Shown here: positions 43,278-54,132 of the stretch, one piece after another | Position numbering within the stretch: position 1 is the stretch's first letter | Layout of the letters: each line of letters opens with the position of its first letter | Assembly: GCA_965205605.1 (NCBI GenBank) | Contig: CBDBHE010000008.1 | Location: 1-64,000 of the forward strand | Source of the DNA: Spirochaetota bacterium | GTDB lineage: Bacteria > Spirochaetota > UBA12135 > COTS27 > CBDBHE01 | Direction of reading: 5' to 3' | Length of the DNA: 64,000 nucleotides | Notes under the pieces: generated by a model | Told to the model about the DNA's origin: nothing | Seen by the model: the letters and a program-made list of their open reading frames with translations, nothing else | Databases searched by the model: none | Translations under genes and position numbers: made by a program

Positions 43278-44489
43278 ATGAGCACTAGGAAAAAAAAAAT
43301 TATTTTAGCTTATTCTGGAGGGCTTGATACTTCAGTAATTGCAAGGTGGCTTGCTGAAAAAGACTTCGAAGTCATTTGCTTTGTTGCTAATATAGGTCAA
43401 AAAGAAAGCTTTTCTCAACTCAAAAAAAAAGCATTGTTTTCAGGAGCAAGTCAATTTATTCTTTCTGATTTAAGAGAAGAACTCATTAAAAATTATGCCT
43501 TTTTAGCCATTCAATTTAATGCCAAATATGAAGGAAAATATCTTCTTGGGACCGCTTTGGCTAGACCTTTAATTGCAAAAGCTATGGTTGCCATCGCCAA
43601 AAAAGAAAAAACAAATATTTTATCTCATGGTGCCACCGGAAAAGGTAATGATCAAGTCCGCTTTGAGCTTTCTGCTTATGCACTTGATGCTAAGATTAAA
43701 ATTATCGCTCCTTGGAGAGAAGAAGATTTTTTCTCTATTATCAAAGGAAGAGAAGATGCCATTGAGTATGCTAAAAAATATAAAATTCCCATTAAAGCCA
43801 CCCCTAAAAAACCTTGGTCAAGTGATGAAAACTTACTTCATATTAGCTATGAAGCAGGTGTTTTAGAAGACCCTAATGCTCAAGCCCCAGAAGAGGTGTA
43901 TGAATGGACACGTTCCCCTAAAAAAGCTCCTGATAAGTCAGAAACAATTCAACTCTCTTTTAACAAAGGAATCCCTTTCGCTATTAATCAAAAAAAACTA
44001 ACTCCCATACAACTATTTGAAAATCTCAATAAAATAGGCAGCCTTCATGGCATTGGTCGCATTGATATCGTTGAAAGTCGTTTTATAGGAATGAAAAGTC
44101 GTGGGGTTTACGAAGCTCCTGCTGTAACCATCCTTCAAGAAGCTCACGAAGATTTAGAAAAACTTTGTGTCGACCGAGATGTGTTAATCTTAAAAGAGTC
44201 TCTCATGCCTAGATTTGCTCGCTTAGTTTATAATGGTCTTTGGTACACTCAAGAAATGAATTGTCTTCTTGCTCTTTTAGAAAAAACTCAAACTAACGTT
44301 ACCGGTAGTGTCACTTTAGAGCTTTACAAAGGTAATGTTTTAATTCAAAAACGATCGTCTTCGACCTCACTTTATAATAAAAAAATTGCTTCTATGGATT
44401 GGGATGGTGGAGCTTATGATCAAAAGCAAGCCAGTGGATTTATTAGCTTGCTCTCAATTCCTCTAAAAGCTCAAGCAAAACGAAAATAA
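43278..44489 (+). CDS. argG: Argininosuccinate synthase
   Basis: LAYSGGLDTS, HGATGKGNDQVRF, SSDENL.H.SYE and KSRGVYE; ATG at 43278. Confidence 0.96.
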   Translation: MSTRKKKIILAYSGGLDTSVIARWLAEKDFEVICFVANIGQKESFSQLKKKALFSGASQFILSDLREELIKNYAFLAIQFNAKYEGKYLLGTALARPLIAKAMVAIAKKEKTNILSHGATGKGNDQVRFELSAYALDAKIKIIAPWREEDFFSIIKGREDAIEYAKKYKIPIKATPKKPWSSDENLLHISYEAGVLEDPNAQAPEEVYEWTRSPKKAPDKSETIQLSFNKGIPFAINQKKLTPIQLFENLNKIGSLHGIGRIDIVESRFIGMKSRGVYEAPAVTILQEAHEDLEKLCVDRDVLILKESLMPRFARLVYNGLWYTQEMNCLLALLEKTQTNVTGSVTLELYKGNVLIQKRSSSTSLYNKKIASMDWDGGAYDQKQASGFISLLSIPLKAQAKRK

Positions 44490-45032
44490 TTACTTTTGAG
44501 CATTCTTTTCTCTTATCCTTTTATACCAAGAAACAAAAGAAAAAAGTAAAATAAAAAATAAGACTAAAAAAATACTCACTTTAAAAAATAAAGTGAGCGA
44601 TTTTAAAGAAGCAATAAACACAATCCCAAAAAGTAAAAAAGTCCCCACTTCATTATAATAACGAAGCTTAAGACTACTCATCAAAATGATTTGTTTTGCT
44701 AATTTTCTTTTAATCACTCCACAAAAAAAATGATAACTAAAAAGTAATAGCAATAAAAAACTTTTTAAATGAAACCAAGATTGATGATAAGCATTTACTA
44801 AAATTAAAAGTCCCACTCCCGAAAATAACACCCCAAACATCGATGGAATTGTAATTATTTTCCAAAGACGATCTTCCATTAAAAGATACTGCGAACACAA
44901 AATATTTTTTTTAGGTTCTTTTTCTTTAAAAGCTTCTGTATGATAAATAAACAGCCTCACTAAATAAAATAAGCCAGAAAACCAAGTAACAATAAAAATA
45001 AAATGAAGTGATTTGAAAATAAGATAAGTCAT
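44490..45032 (-). CDS. hemJ: Protoporphyrinogen oxidase HemJ
   Basis: KSLH.IF..TWFSGLFYL.RLFIYH, ME.RL, W.H.K and NEV.T. Confidence 0.88.
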   Translation of the reverse strand: MTYLIFKSLHFIFIVTWFSGLFYLVRLFIYHTEAFKEKEPKKNILCSQYLLMEDRLWKIITIPSMFGVLFSGVGLLILVNAYHQSWFHLKSFLLLLLFSYHFFCGVIKRKLAKQIILMSSLKLRYYNEVGTFLLFGIVFIASLKSLTLFFKVSIFLVLFFILLFSFVSWYKRIREKNAQK

Positions 45033-45050
45033 AAAAATAAAGACAATGTT

Positions 45051-46244
45051 TTAAAGTAAATGTCCCATTTTTTCTTTTTTTGTTTTGAGATAATTTTCAT
45101 TATATCTTGTTGATTGCATAATAATAGGAATTCGTTTTTTAATGGTAAGCCCATAGCCTTCCAACCCAATAATTTTTTTAGGATTATTCGTTAAAATAGA
45201 AAGTGTAGAGAGACCCAAATCTTTTAAAATACTCGCCCCTACGCCATAATCCCTTAAATCTGTTTTATATCCCAAATGTTTATTAGCTTCTACTGTATCA
45301 AGGCCTTTTTCTTCTTGAAGTTTGTAGACTTTTAATTTATTTTCAAACCCAATTCCTCTACCTTCCTGACGAAGGTATACAACCACTCCAGCACCTTCTT
45401 TACAAATCATTTCAAAAGACGTGTGCAGTTGATCTCCACAATCACATTTTAAAGATCCCAAAACATCTCCTGTGAAACATTCAGAATGCATTCGTACTAA
45501 AACATTTTTTTTTTTAACAATATCTCCATAAACAAGAGCAATATGTGTGTAATTATCTGTATAACTTTTATAAGCAATTACTTTAAGATCCCCATAAATC
45601 GTTGGAATCATCGCTTCACTCCTTCTTTTAACAATGGTTTCATTTTGTAATCGATAAGCAATCAAATCAGCAATTTTAATAATACCAATTTTATGTTTTT
45701 TTGAAAAATCTTCTAAATCAGGGAATCTAGCCATTTCTCCATTTTCTTTAATAATTTCACAAATAACCCCAGAAGGATGAAGCTGTGCTAATTTTGCTAA
45801 ATCAACAGCTGCTTCTGTATGACCGGCTCTTCTAAGAACTCCTCCTTTTTCAGCTTGTAAAGGAAAAATATGCCCTGGCTTTCTAAAGTCATTTTTTCCC
45901 TTATTTTTATCACATAAATATTCAATCGTTAAAGCTCTCTCTTTTGCAGAAATTCCCGTCGTTACTTCTTTAGCATCAACGGAAATAGAAAACTTTGTAG
46001 TGTGTTTTTCTTCATTTTTATTCGTCATTTGAGGAAGATCCAACTCTAATAATCGCTCTTTTTCTAATGGAACACATACAAGCCCTTTACAATGGGTGAT
46101 CATGAAATTAATAATTCCTGCTGAAATTTTTTGAGAAGCAACAATAATATCCCCTTCATTTTCTCTATTTTCATCATCAACAACAATCAACATCTTTCCT
46201 TGTTTAATGTCTTCTATGGCTTTTTTAATAGGAATAATACTCAT
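45051..46244 (-). CDS. ribBA: Bifunctional DHBP synthase / GTP cyclohydrolase II
   Basis: DDENRENEGD, RAGHTEA, RMHSECFTGD..SLKCDCG, QEGRGIG and TNNP.K. Confidence 0.96.
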   Translation of the reverse strand: MSIIPIKKAIEDIKQGKMLIVVDDENRENEGDIIVASQKISAGIINFMITHCKGLVCVPLEKERLLELDLPQMTNKNEEKHTTKFSISVDAKEVTTGISAKERALTIEYLCDKNKGKNDFRKPGHIFPLQAEKGGVLRRAGHTEAAVDLAKLAQLHPSGVICEIIKENGEMARFPDLEDFSKKHKIGIIKIADLIAYRLQNETIVKRRSEAMIPTIYGDLKVIAYKSYTDNYTHIALVYGDIVKKKNVLVRMHSECFTGDVLGSLKCDCGDQLHTSFEMICKEGAGVVVYLRQEGRGIGFENKLKVYKLQEEKGLDTVEANKHLGYKTDLRDYGVGASILKDLGLSTLSILTNNPKKIIGLEGYGLTIKKRIPIIMQSTRYNENYLKTKKEKMGHLL

Positions 46245-46510
46245 TTTTTTACTTTAAAGAGAATGCTTTAATAAGCAAATAATCCTTTTTTAAAAAATTC
46301 CAAACTTAATTTCATCTCTTTTTATCAAAAAATTCAAAATAATTTTTAACCACTAATCCCTTCAAGTTCATTATTCTACTCTTGACTTTACTTTTTAAAT
46401 TAAAAAAAGAAATAAAAAAACCTACAATAATTAAAAAGCTATTTATAATATATTTTATAAAGTATTTATTTATTTTGCATAATGGGTTTTTTATATTTTT
46501 TTTAATTAAC

Positions 46511-47653
46511 TTATGGCATTTTATCAAGTTGAAAAGAAAACCAAGCCTTAACATCTGTTTTATAAGGATTAGTAATAACAGGGTCTAATAAAGTTTCATA
46601 ATAAACCAATTTATGATTACTCTCTCCTATTAAAAAAACATCTTTCTTCGTTTTTGAAAAAAATTGCGGTACCCCTATTGCTGCATGGTGATAGTTAAAA
46701 GAAAGTAAAATCTCCGAATCCACTTTCAAGTGTCTCAAAAGAATGTGTAATAACAACGATTTTGTATCACAATCTCCTTTTTTTTCTAAAATACAATTTA
46801 AAGGAGTTTTAATAATTTCCTTACCGTTTAGTATTTCTGTTTTCATATTCCTAATGACAAGGTAAATATAATTAAACAAAGTAAACGTCTTTTCTTTTGG
46901 ATAAAGATCTTTTAATTCCTTAACTAAAAAGCCTACCGATTCATAAGAGCTCCTAAAAATCATTCGATAAAAACGCTTAAGAGCATTATAATTAACATCA
47001 GGGTAAGTTAAAATAATTTCGGTTTCTCGTTTGACAACAGCTTCCATTAAAGCAATATCTTGATAATTAAAAAAAACTTCAAATGTATGTAATTCAAAAG
47101 AAACTTTTTTTTTATCTACCATTTTTTTTCTTCTTGAAACTGGAAATGCTAAATAACTAAAAGGACCTGGTTTTAAATAAGTTTCTTCATTAATTGAAAA
47201 AGAATCAAATAATGAAGCAATAAACAACTTGTTATTTGTAAAATCTTTATCGTTACAAAGAGATATCATTAAAACAGGATGTGAGTTTTTTTTAAAAAAA
47301 CAAAATAATTGGGCTTTAACAAGCTCATTATCAATTACCAATTGACCATCAATAAAGTAAGATTGATAGGAAAAATAATTTATTTCCTCACCGATTCCTT
47401 TCAGCTTTAGTTGTTTTTTGGTAAAATCGACAAATTGCTTCAAGCTAGAAAATCGATTGTTTTGATAAGTAATGATTTGAAAAGTAATGCCTTTTTTTGC
47501 ATTAATCCATTGAATCATCTTAGGAGCTTTTTGATCATCTATTTTAAAATTAGAATGAATATCCACTAGCCATTTTGCTTGTGAATTTCTATAAACCAAA
47601 GCTTGTAAATTTAGAAATAAAAAGAAGAATAAAAGAAAAAATTTAATTAACAT
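46511..47653 (-). CDS. Exported protein with a C-terminal transglutaminase-like domain
   Basis: Signal peptide; GDCD followed by HAAIG and YYET, matching a Cys-His-acid triad pattern. Confidence 0.55.
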   Translation of the reverse strand: MLIKFFLLFFFLFLNLQALVYRNSQAKWLVDIHSNFKIDDQKAPKMIQWINAKKGITFQIITYQNNRFSSLKQFVDFTKKQLKLKGIGEEINYFSYQSYFIDGQLVIDNELVKAQLFCFFKKNSHPVLMISLCNDKDFTNNKLFIASLFDSFSINEETYLKPGPFSYLAFPVSRRKKMVDKKKVSFELHTFEVFFNYQDIALMEAVVKRETEIILTYPDVNYNALKRFYRMIFRSSYESVGFLVKELKDLYPKEKTFTLFNYIYLVIRNMKTEILNGKEIIKTPLNCILEKKGDCDTKSLLLHILLRHLKVDSEILLSFNYHHAAIGVPQFFSKTKKDVFLIGESNHKLVYYETLLDPVITNPYKTDVKAWFSFQLDKMP

Positions 47654-47711
47654 TTTGAAAGATATTTTTTATTCTTCGGAAGAAATTAGATATAAAAAAG
47701 TAATAAATAAG

Positions 47712-47740
47712 TTGAATTTTAAATCCCCCTATAATAAAAT
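47712..47740 (+). promoter_or_regulatory. Sigma70-type promoter for ilvC-murJ
   Basis: TTGAAT-17 bp-TAAAAT; SD GAGGA before the ilvC ATG. Confidence 0.5.
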
Positions 47741-47780
47741 AAAGTTTTTCCAAGTAAAAAAACCAATACTTATATTTTGA

Positions 47781-48800
<1,020 letters not shown>

Positions 48801-48803
48801 TAT

Positions 48804-50420
48804 TTGTCTTCATTTTTAAAAAATTTTTTTAAAGTTTCTTTTTTCACCATCCTTTCTAGAGTCACAGGTTTCATAAGAACCATTTTTTTTGCTTATTATT
48901 TCGGGGCAAGTGCTCTTTTTGATGCGTTTGTTATTGCTTTCAAACTACCCAATTTATTTAGAAGACTTTTTTCAGAGGGGGCGATTAATTCTGCTATTAT
49001 CCCTATTTTAAGTGGATTAGACAAAAACAAAGGAAAAAAATCTAAAAAAATAATTATTTTTCGTCACATTTTCACTTTTTATTTAATCGCTCTTAGTTTA
49101 TTGATTATTTTAGTGATTTTATTGGCCCCTTATATCACCCAATTATTTTACTTATTAAAAACTCATTCATCTTCTCCACTTAAAGAAACAACATTATTTT
49201 TACAAATTATGTTTCCTTATCTTTTATTTGTGTCTCTAGCTGCTCTTTGTCAAAGTGTTTTAAATACTCATCATATTTTTTCTATTTCAGCTGCAATGCC
49301 CGTTGTGTTCAATTTAATGATTATTGCTGTTTGTCTTTTTTTTCCTTTCCTAAATCTAACACTTTTTGAAAAAATGATTCTTATTTCTATTTCAACTCTT
49401 TTTGGAGGCCTCTTTCAGTTTATACTCCAAGTCCCTTCTGTTTTACGGCTTGGGTATTCTTTTAAAACAGACCTTTTTTTTTTAAAAAACCCTCATTTTA
49501 AAAAATTCATTTTACTGATGGCACCTATATTATTTTCTTCTGGAATTTATCAAATCAACGTGATTTTAATCGACCCTATTGCAATTTCTTTAGGAGAAGG
49601 CGCTGTTTCTATCCTTCACTATTCTAATCGTCTTTTAGAGCTCCCTCTTGGAATCATCGGCGTTTCTCTTGGCACAGTCGGACTCCCTCTTCTTTCAAAA
49701 TATGGAACAAAAAAAAATTTTAAAAAAGTAAGTGAAATACTTCTTAACATCCTCTTATTTCTTATCACCATTATTATGCCAATTTTTACTCTGACACTGC
49801 TTTATAGAGAAAAAATCATTTCCCTACTACTTGAAGGGGGTACCTTTGGCTTTAAAGAAATACAACTAACCGCTAATTGTTTGTTTTTTCATATGTTAGC
49901 TTTTCCCTTCATTGCCATCAATCGTATTTTTATGATTGCTTTTTTTTCATTAAAAAATACAAAATTTCCTTTAAAAATTGCCTTTGTTTCTATTTTTGTT
50001 AATTTAGCAAGTTGTCTACTTTTAACAAAAATACTTGATTTCTTTGTTGAAGGTATTGCAATAGCAAGCTTTTTAACAGGATTGGTTAGTTCTTTATTGC
50101 TTTTAATAGGTATTAAAAAAGAAATAAAATACTTTCGACTTAAAGCGTTATTTAAAAAAATCTATCAAACAACACTTGCTTGTTTTTTAACATTAAGTTT
50201 TATTTTATTAATTAGTAAAATCAATCTTTATCATTATTTTTCAAAAATGCTTACAGAGTTCCCTCTAGTAAAACAATCTTTTATAAAAAAAATTTCTCTC
50301 TTTACAGAATTATCATTCAATTCTATATTATTTATAAGCACGTATATATTGATATTATTTCTTTTGAGGGATCAAGAAATAAAAATGTTTTTCAAAAAAT
50401 TTAATAAAAAAAATAGCTAG
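48804..50420 (+). CDS. murJ: Lipid II flippase MurJ (MviN)
   Basis: SRVTGFIR, AFKLPNLFRRLFSEG and YSNRLLELPLG; about 14 TM helices; TTG start. Confidence 0.93.
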   Translation: MSSFLKNFFKVSFFTILSRVTGFIRTIFFAYYFGASALFDAFVIAFKLPNLFRRLFSEGAINSAIIPILSGLDKNKGKKSKKIIIFRHIFTFYLIALSLLIILVILLAPYITQLFYLLKTHSSSPLKETTLFLQIMFPYLLFVSLAALCQSVLNTHHIFSISAAMPVVFNLMIIAVCLFFPFLNLTLFEKMILISISTLFGGLFQFILQVPSVLRLGYSFKTDLFFLKNPHFKKFILLMAPILFSSGIYQINVILIDPIAISLGEGAVSILHYSNRLLELPLGIIGVSLGTVGLPLLSKYGTKKNFKKVSEILLNILLFLITIIMPIFTLTLLYREKIISLLLEGGTFGFKEIQLTANCLFFHMLAFPFIAINRIFMIAFFSLKNTKFPLKIAFVSIFVNLASCLLLTKILDFFVEGIAIASFLTGLVSSLLLLIGIKKEIKYFRLKALFKKIYQTTLACFLTLSFILLISKINLYHYFSKMLTEFPLVKQSFIKKISLFTELSFNSILFISTYILILFLLRDQEIKMFFKKFNKKNS

Positions 50421-50467
50421 CTTAATAATAAATCACTTTGATTGCATGATATTCCCATTGATTAAAA

Positions 50468-51391
50468 ATGAAAAAAAGTAACCTAAAACATTCTTTTATT
50501 TTTATTTATTTATTAATATTATTTTTATCTTTAAATAGTTGCACAAGTCTAATTAAAAGCCTTGTAGTTGAACAAACAATCCCTTTAATTAATTCTGTGC
50601 AAAAAGCTTTTTTTTTAGAAAATGACATTCAAGCAGCAAAAATATCTCTTCCAGCGACAATTAAATTAGCAGAAGGATTTTATCATTACTACCCACATTC
50701 TCCTTATTATTCTGGGAAACTTTGTTTTTTATACGCTGCCTATACTTTTGGATTTGTTGACAACTCTCCTTACGACGATTTAGAAGAAGACTATGATAAA
50801 AAAACAACCAAAGTTGACCATTACTATCAAAAAGCTTTTTTTTACGGTAAAACAAGTTTAGAAAAACAGATTCCAAATTTTTTTTCTTTTCTTCAAGACA
50901 GTAAAAAAAGAAAAATTATTCTTAAAAAAATCAAAAAAAAACATATTGAAACTCTTTTTTGGTTTAATTTTTCATGGGCGATGATTATTTTTAATGACTT
51001 GTCAAATCCTAAAAAAATCATTCAACTAGAAATTGTAAAAGATATTGCTAGTACCATTGAAAAGGTTTACCCAACCTATTTAAAAGGAATTAATAAAAGT
51101 ATTTTTATTGCTTATTATGGTGGCAGGACCGAGATTTTAGGAGGAGACTACAAAAAATGTGATGAATACTATAGACAAGCAAAAGAAATTGCTAATAATA
51201 AGTCTATTATTGTAAATTATGTTTATTTAAGGTTTGCCGTCACTCAAAGGATTGATAAAAGTTTATTTGAAAAAATTTGTAAAGAAATTAACAATTTCAA
51301 ATTAAAACAAGAAGACGAAATATTGCTTTTAAATTCAATTATCAAAAAAAAAACTGAGCAATTAGCCCAAAAAAAATATTTGTTTTTTTAG
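50468..51391 (+). CDS. TRAP-T transporter TatT-family lipoprotein
   Basis: Lipobox LNSC, E.D...A...LP..IK..E, Y..YTFGFV, LFW, a GG turn and a helical TPR-like body ending YLFF. Confidence 0.7.
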   Translation: MKKSNLKHSFIFIYLLILFLSLNSCTSLIKSLVVEQTIPLINSVQKAFFLENDIQAAKISLPATIKLAEGFYHYYPHSPYYSGKLCFLYAAYTFGFVDNSPYDDLEEDYDKKTTKVDHYYQKAFFYGKTSLEKQIPNFFSFLQDSKKRKIILKKIKKKHIETLFWFNFSWAMIIFNDLSNPKKIIQLEIVKDIASTIEKVYPTYLKGINKSIFIAYYGGRTEILGGDYKKCDEYYRQAKEIANNKSIIVNYVYLRFAVTQRIDKSLFEKICKEINNFKLKQEDEILLLNSIIKKKTEQLAQKKYLFF

Positions 51392-52872
51392 TTTTCAATC
51401 GCCACCACATACAAAGATGTCCCTCTTTGAATATGAAAAATAATTTTTTTTTTCTTGTGATATCTTTGCATTACTTTTTCATATTGACTGATGCCATTGA
51501 CTTCTTCATGATTAACCAAAACAATCACATCTCCCAAACGCACCCCTTGTTGTAAAAGAGGAGATTTTTTGTTGATGTTTTCAATAACAACCCCTCTGGA
51601 GGTTTTAAGTGAAAAACGTTCTTTTGTTTTTTGATTAATGTTGTTGACAGTGATTCCTAAATATTTTTGACTTAAGTTACCCCTAGAAGAAGAGCTTGAA
51701 AGCAAGGGTTTATTTTGACCAATTTTAACTTTAATGACTATTTTCTTTTTAGGGTTACCTCTTTTTAAAAGCTCGATTTCAACAACAGTACCTGGTTTTG
51801 TATTACCAACAAAATTAATTAAATCAGAAGAATCTTTAACTTGCTTTTGATTATAACTAATAACAACATCTCCTTTTTTAATCCCTGCTTTATCTGCTGG
51901 AGAATTATCCGTTACATCAGGAACATAAACTCCTTTTTTACTAATACTTAAAGCGTCTGCCAATTTTTCATTAATATCTTGAACACTAATCCCTAACCAC
52001 CCTCGAACAACACTTCCTGTTTCTTTTAACTGTCTAACAATATTTTTAACCATGTTAACAGGAATTGCAAAGCCAATGCCAATATTAGCACCATTCTTAG
52101 AATAAATCATAGAATTAATTCCAATAACTTCCCCTTTTAAATTAATTAAAGGCCCCCCAGAGTTTCCTGGATTAATCGCAACATCTGTTTGAATAAAATT
52201 TTCATATTTAGTATTTCCAATTCCTTTTCTTCCTTTTGCTGAAATGACCCCCATTGTAAAAGTATGAGAAAGACCAAAAGGATTGCCGATTGCAACCGTA
52301 ATATCCCCGACATTAACACTGTCCGAATTACCTAAAGTAACATGAGGTAAATTATTAACATTTTTAATTTTTAAAAGAGCCACATCTGTATCTACATCTT
52401 GACCAACAATTTTTGCTTCATACTCTTTATCATTGTCCTTAAAGACAACAACTATTTTTATACTTCCATCAACTACATGATTATTAGAAATCAAATAGCC
52501 ATCTGAGCTAATAATAAAACCAGAACCAAACGCTGACCTATCTTCTTCAGGAAGATTATCTCTAAAACCAAAAAAACGCTTTAAAAACTCATCCCCTTGA
52601 AAAAAATCTTGAGAATTACTTCTAACAGATTTAACTACTCGAATACTCACTACCGCTGGTAAATTTCTATCGGCTATTTTATTTAAAACTTTTTGAAGCG
52701 GTAAAGCTGCAAGCTCTTTATCACTAATCGTTTCAGCTTGAAAACCTTTAGCATATAAATCAAGAGCCCCTTTTTTTAAGTCTCTATAAAAGAAAATACT
52801 TCCTAAAAGAATGCCCAATAAAATATTTAATGAAAAAATAAAAATAAATTTAAACCTTTTAAATTGATTCAT
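51388..52872 (-). CDS. degP: DegP/HtrA (Do-family) serine protease with two PDZ domains
   Basis: GSGFII, NNHVV, GNPFG, QTDVAINPGNSGGPL, RGWLG and two PDZ domains; SD AGGAG. Confidence 0.93.
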   Translation of the reverse strand: MNQFKRFKFIFIFSLNILLGILLGSIFFYRDLKKGALDLYAKGFQAETISDKELAALPLQKVLNKIADRNLPAVVSIRVVKSVRSNSQDFFQGDEFLKRFFGFRDNLPEEDRSAFGSGFIISSDGYLISNNHVVDGSIKIVVVFKDNDKEYEAKIVGQDVDTDVALLKIKNVNNLPHVTLGNSDSVNVGDITVAIGNPFGLSHTFTMGVISAKGRKGIGNTKYENFIQTDVAINPGNSGGPLINLKGEVIGINSMIYSKNGANIGIGFAIPVNMVKNIVRQLKETGSVVRGWLGISVQDINEKLADALSISKKGVYVPDVTDNSPADKAGIKKGDVVISYNQKQVKDSSDLINFVGNTKPGTVVEIELLKRGNPKKKIVIKVKIGQNKPLLSSSSSRGNLSQKYLGITVNNINQKTKERFSLKTSRGVVIENINKKSPLLQQGVRLGDVIVLVNHEEVNGISQYEKVMQRYHKKKKIIFHIQRGTSLYVVAIEN

Positions 52873-53002
52873 AAAAAATACTCCTAAGTTTGATTTTTAA
52901 TCAATACTTTTATTTAAATACATAATAATTAAAATTCTAACATAAAAAACATTATTTTTAATGAAAATAATATTGCCTAATAACAATAATAAGTGAAATT
53001 AT

Positions 53003-53393
53003 TAGATGTTTTTCTTAAATTAATAAACCACAAATGAGATTTTTTCTTGGAAGCTTGCAAATTTTTTAAAAAAATTTTTACCTATTTTTTGCATATAGCT
53101 GTCATCTCCTTCGTTTTGTAGAATGTAACAAACCCTCTTTAATTTGGAAAAATGCTCAAAAAATCAAAGAATTTTAAAAAAAAAATCTCACCACACAAAT
53201 CAATCCACCCAACAATTCCTAAAATAAAATCATTCCCTTGTGCTAATTGTAAAAGCTATCTTGTTTAATTCTAAAATTTCTCTTGGTTGTACCGAAACAC
53301 AGCCTTGTATACCACAAAAACAAAACTTTAATACCACAAAAACAAAACTTTAGAATATTTCCAAAAATGCCAATGCCAATCAATTCTTATCAC
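53003..53393 (-). pseudogene. Degraded amidohydrolase_2 / L-fuconolactonase-like gene remnant
   Basis: Minus-strand fragments in different frames: (GTG)IRIDWHWHFWKYS, GIQGCVSVQ, LLQLAQGNDFILGIVGWIDLCGE (53187-53255), LKRVCYILQNEGDD and NLICGLLI*EKHL. They occur in family order behind a GGGGTG SD. Confidence 0.72.
53309..53352. repeat. Perfect 22-bp tandem duplication (ATACCACAAAAACAAAACTTTA x2)
   Basis: Read directly at 53309-53330 and 53331-53352, inside the pseudogene. Confidence 0.9.
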
Positions 53394-53408
53394 AAATACA
53401 CCCCATCT

Positions 53409-53744
53409 TTAAAGTTCAAAAATTCTCTCCATTAAAGTCCATTTTTCTTTTTCATTTGCCTCTGCTACTGACTCTTGAAGTGTGCCCATTAAGTCTTCCC
53501 ATTCTTGACATCGTGGATGGAGCTTTAAATAATTTGGCAAATTTTTTCTAATATCAAAATCTTCTTTACCTTCTAAAACCATAAAAAGTCGCCTTCCCAA
53601 AAGATAAATATTCATCTTTTTAACACCTACTTTTTTTAAAGCTTCAACAACCTCTGGCCATGGATTTGCATGATAATCCTTGTACTTTTTAATAAGTTCT
53701 TTATTATTTTTTAAATCAATGCAAAAAGCGTATTCTTTCATCAA
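53409..53744 (-). CDS. L-rhamnose/L-fucose mutarotase (RhaM family)
   Basis: DLK....I..Y..YH...WPEV, IY..G.RLFM, QEWE.LM and W.LMERIF.L; SD AGGGGG. Confidence 0.88.
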   Translation of the reverse strand: MMKEYAFCIDLKNNKELIKKYKDYHANPWPEVVEALKKVGVKKMNIYLLGRRLFMVLEGKEDFDIRKNLPNYLKLHPRCQEWEDLMGTLQESVAEANEKEKWTLMERIFEL

Positions 53745-53940
53745 AAGCTAACCCCCTTAGTAAGTCTTACTTGCTATAATATTGCTCTTAAAATTATTCA
53801 AAATAATCAAAAAATTTTCTATTCAAAAATAGCCTTCTTTCATTCAAGATACTTTATTTATTATAAAGCCGTGAAAAAAAGAAATGACATCTAAATAAAA
53901 AATCTATTTCTTTTTATTATTTTTATCATTCTCCTATAAC

Positions 53941-53961
53941 TAAAAAACAATTTGTTTTTTA
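53941..53961. promoter_or_regulatory. Perfect inverted repeat (candidate operator) in a divergent intergenic region
   Basis: TAAAAAACAA-T-TTGTTTTTTA. Low complexity, so it could be chance. Confidence 0.3.
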
Positions 53962-54132
53962 TTAAAAACAATCTTGATATAAATTCAATTGTTATATAAT
54001 AATAAATAAATTATAACTATTTAAATTCAAATATCTCCTAAACTTAAGATCATTATTTTTTCAATTCTTAAATGTCAACAAAAGAAAAATTAATGTTAAC
54101 TTACTTAAGTTTAATTTAAATAATAATGAATC

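Noticed and set aside
46245-46588. Possible FMN riboswitch upstream of ribBA, or small ORFs 46312-46554 and 46382-46588
   Set aside because: The region is almost pure A/T with no RFN conserved elements; the ORFs are low-complexity and overlap the neighbouring gene end.
53309-53352. 22-bp direct repeat as a CRISPR remnant or insertion target-site duplication
   Set aside because: Only two adjacent copies, with no spacer and no cas or transposase gene; better explained as slippage in a pseudogene.
53890-53940. Minus-strand mini-ORF MIKIIKRNRFFI as a leader peptide or a remnant of a fuconate dehydratase
   Set aside because: SD-to-ATG spacing is only 1 nt and the similarity is too weak to support.
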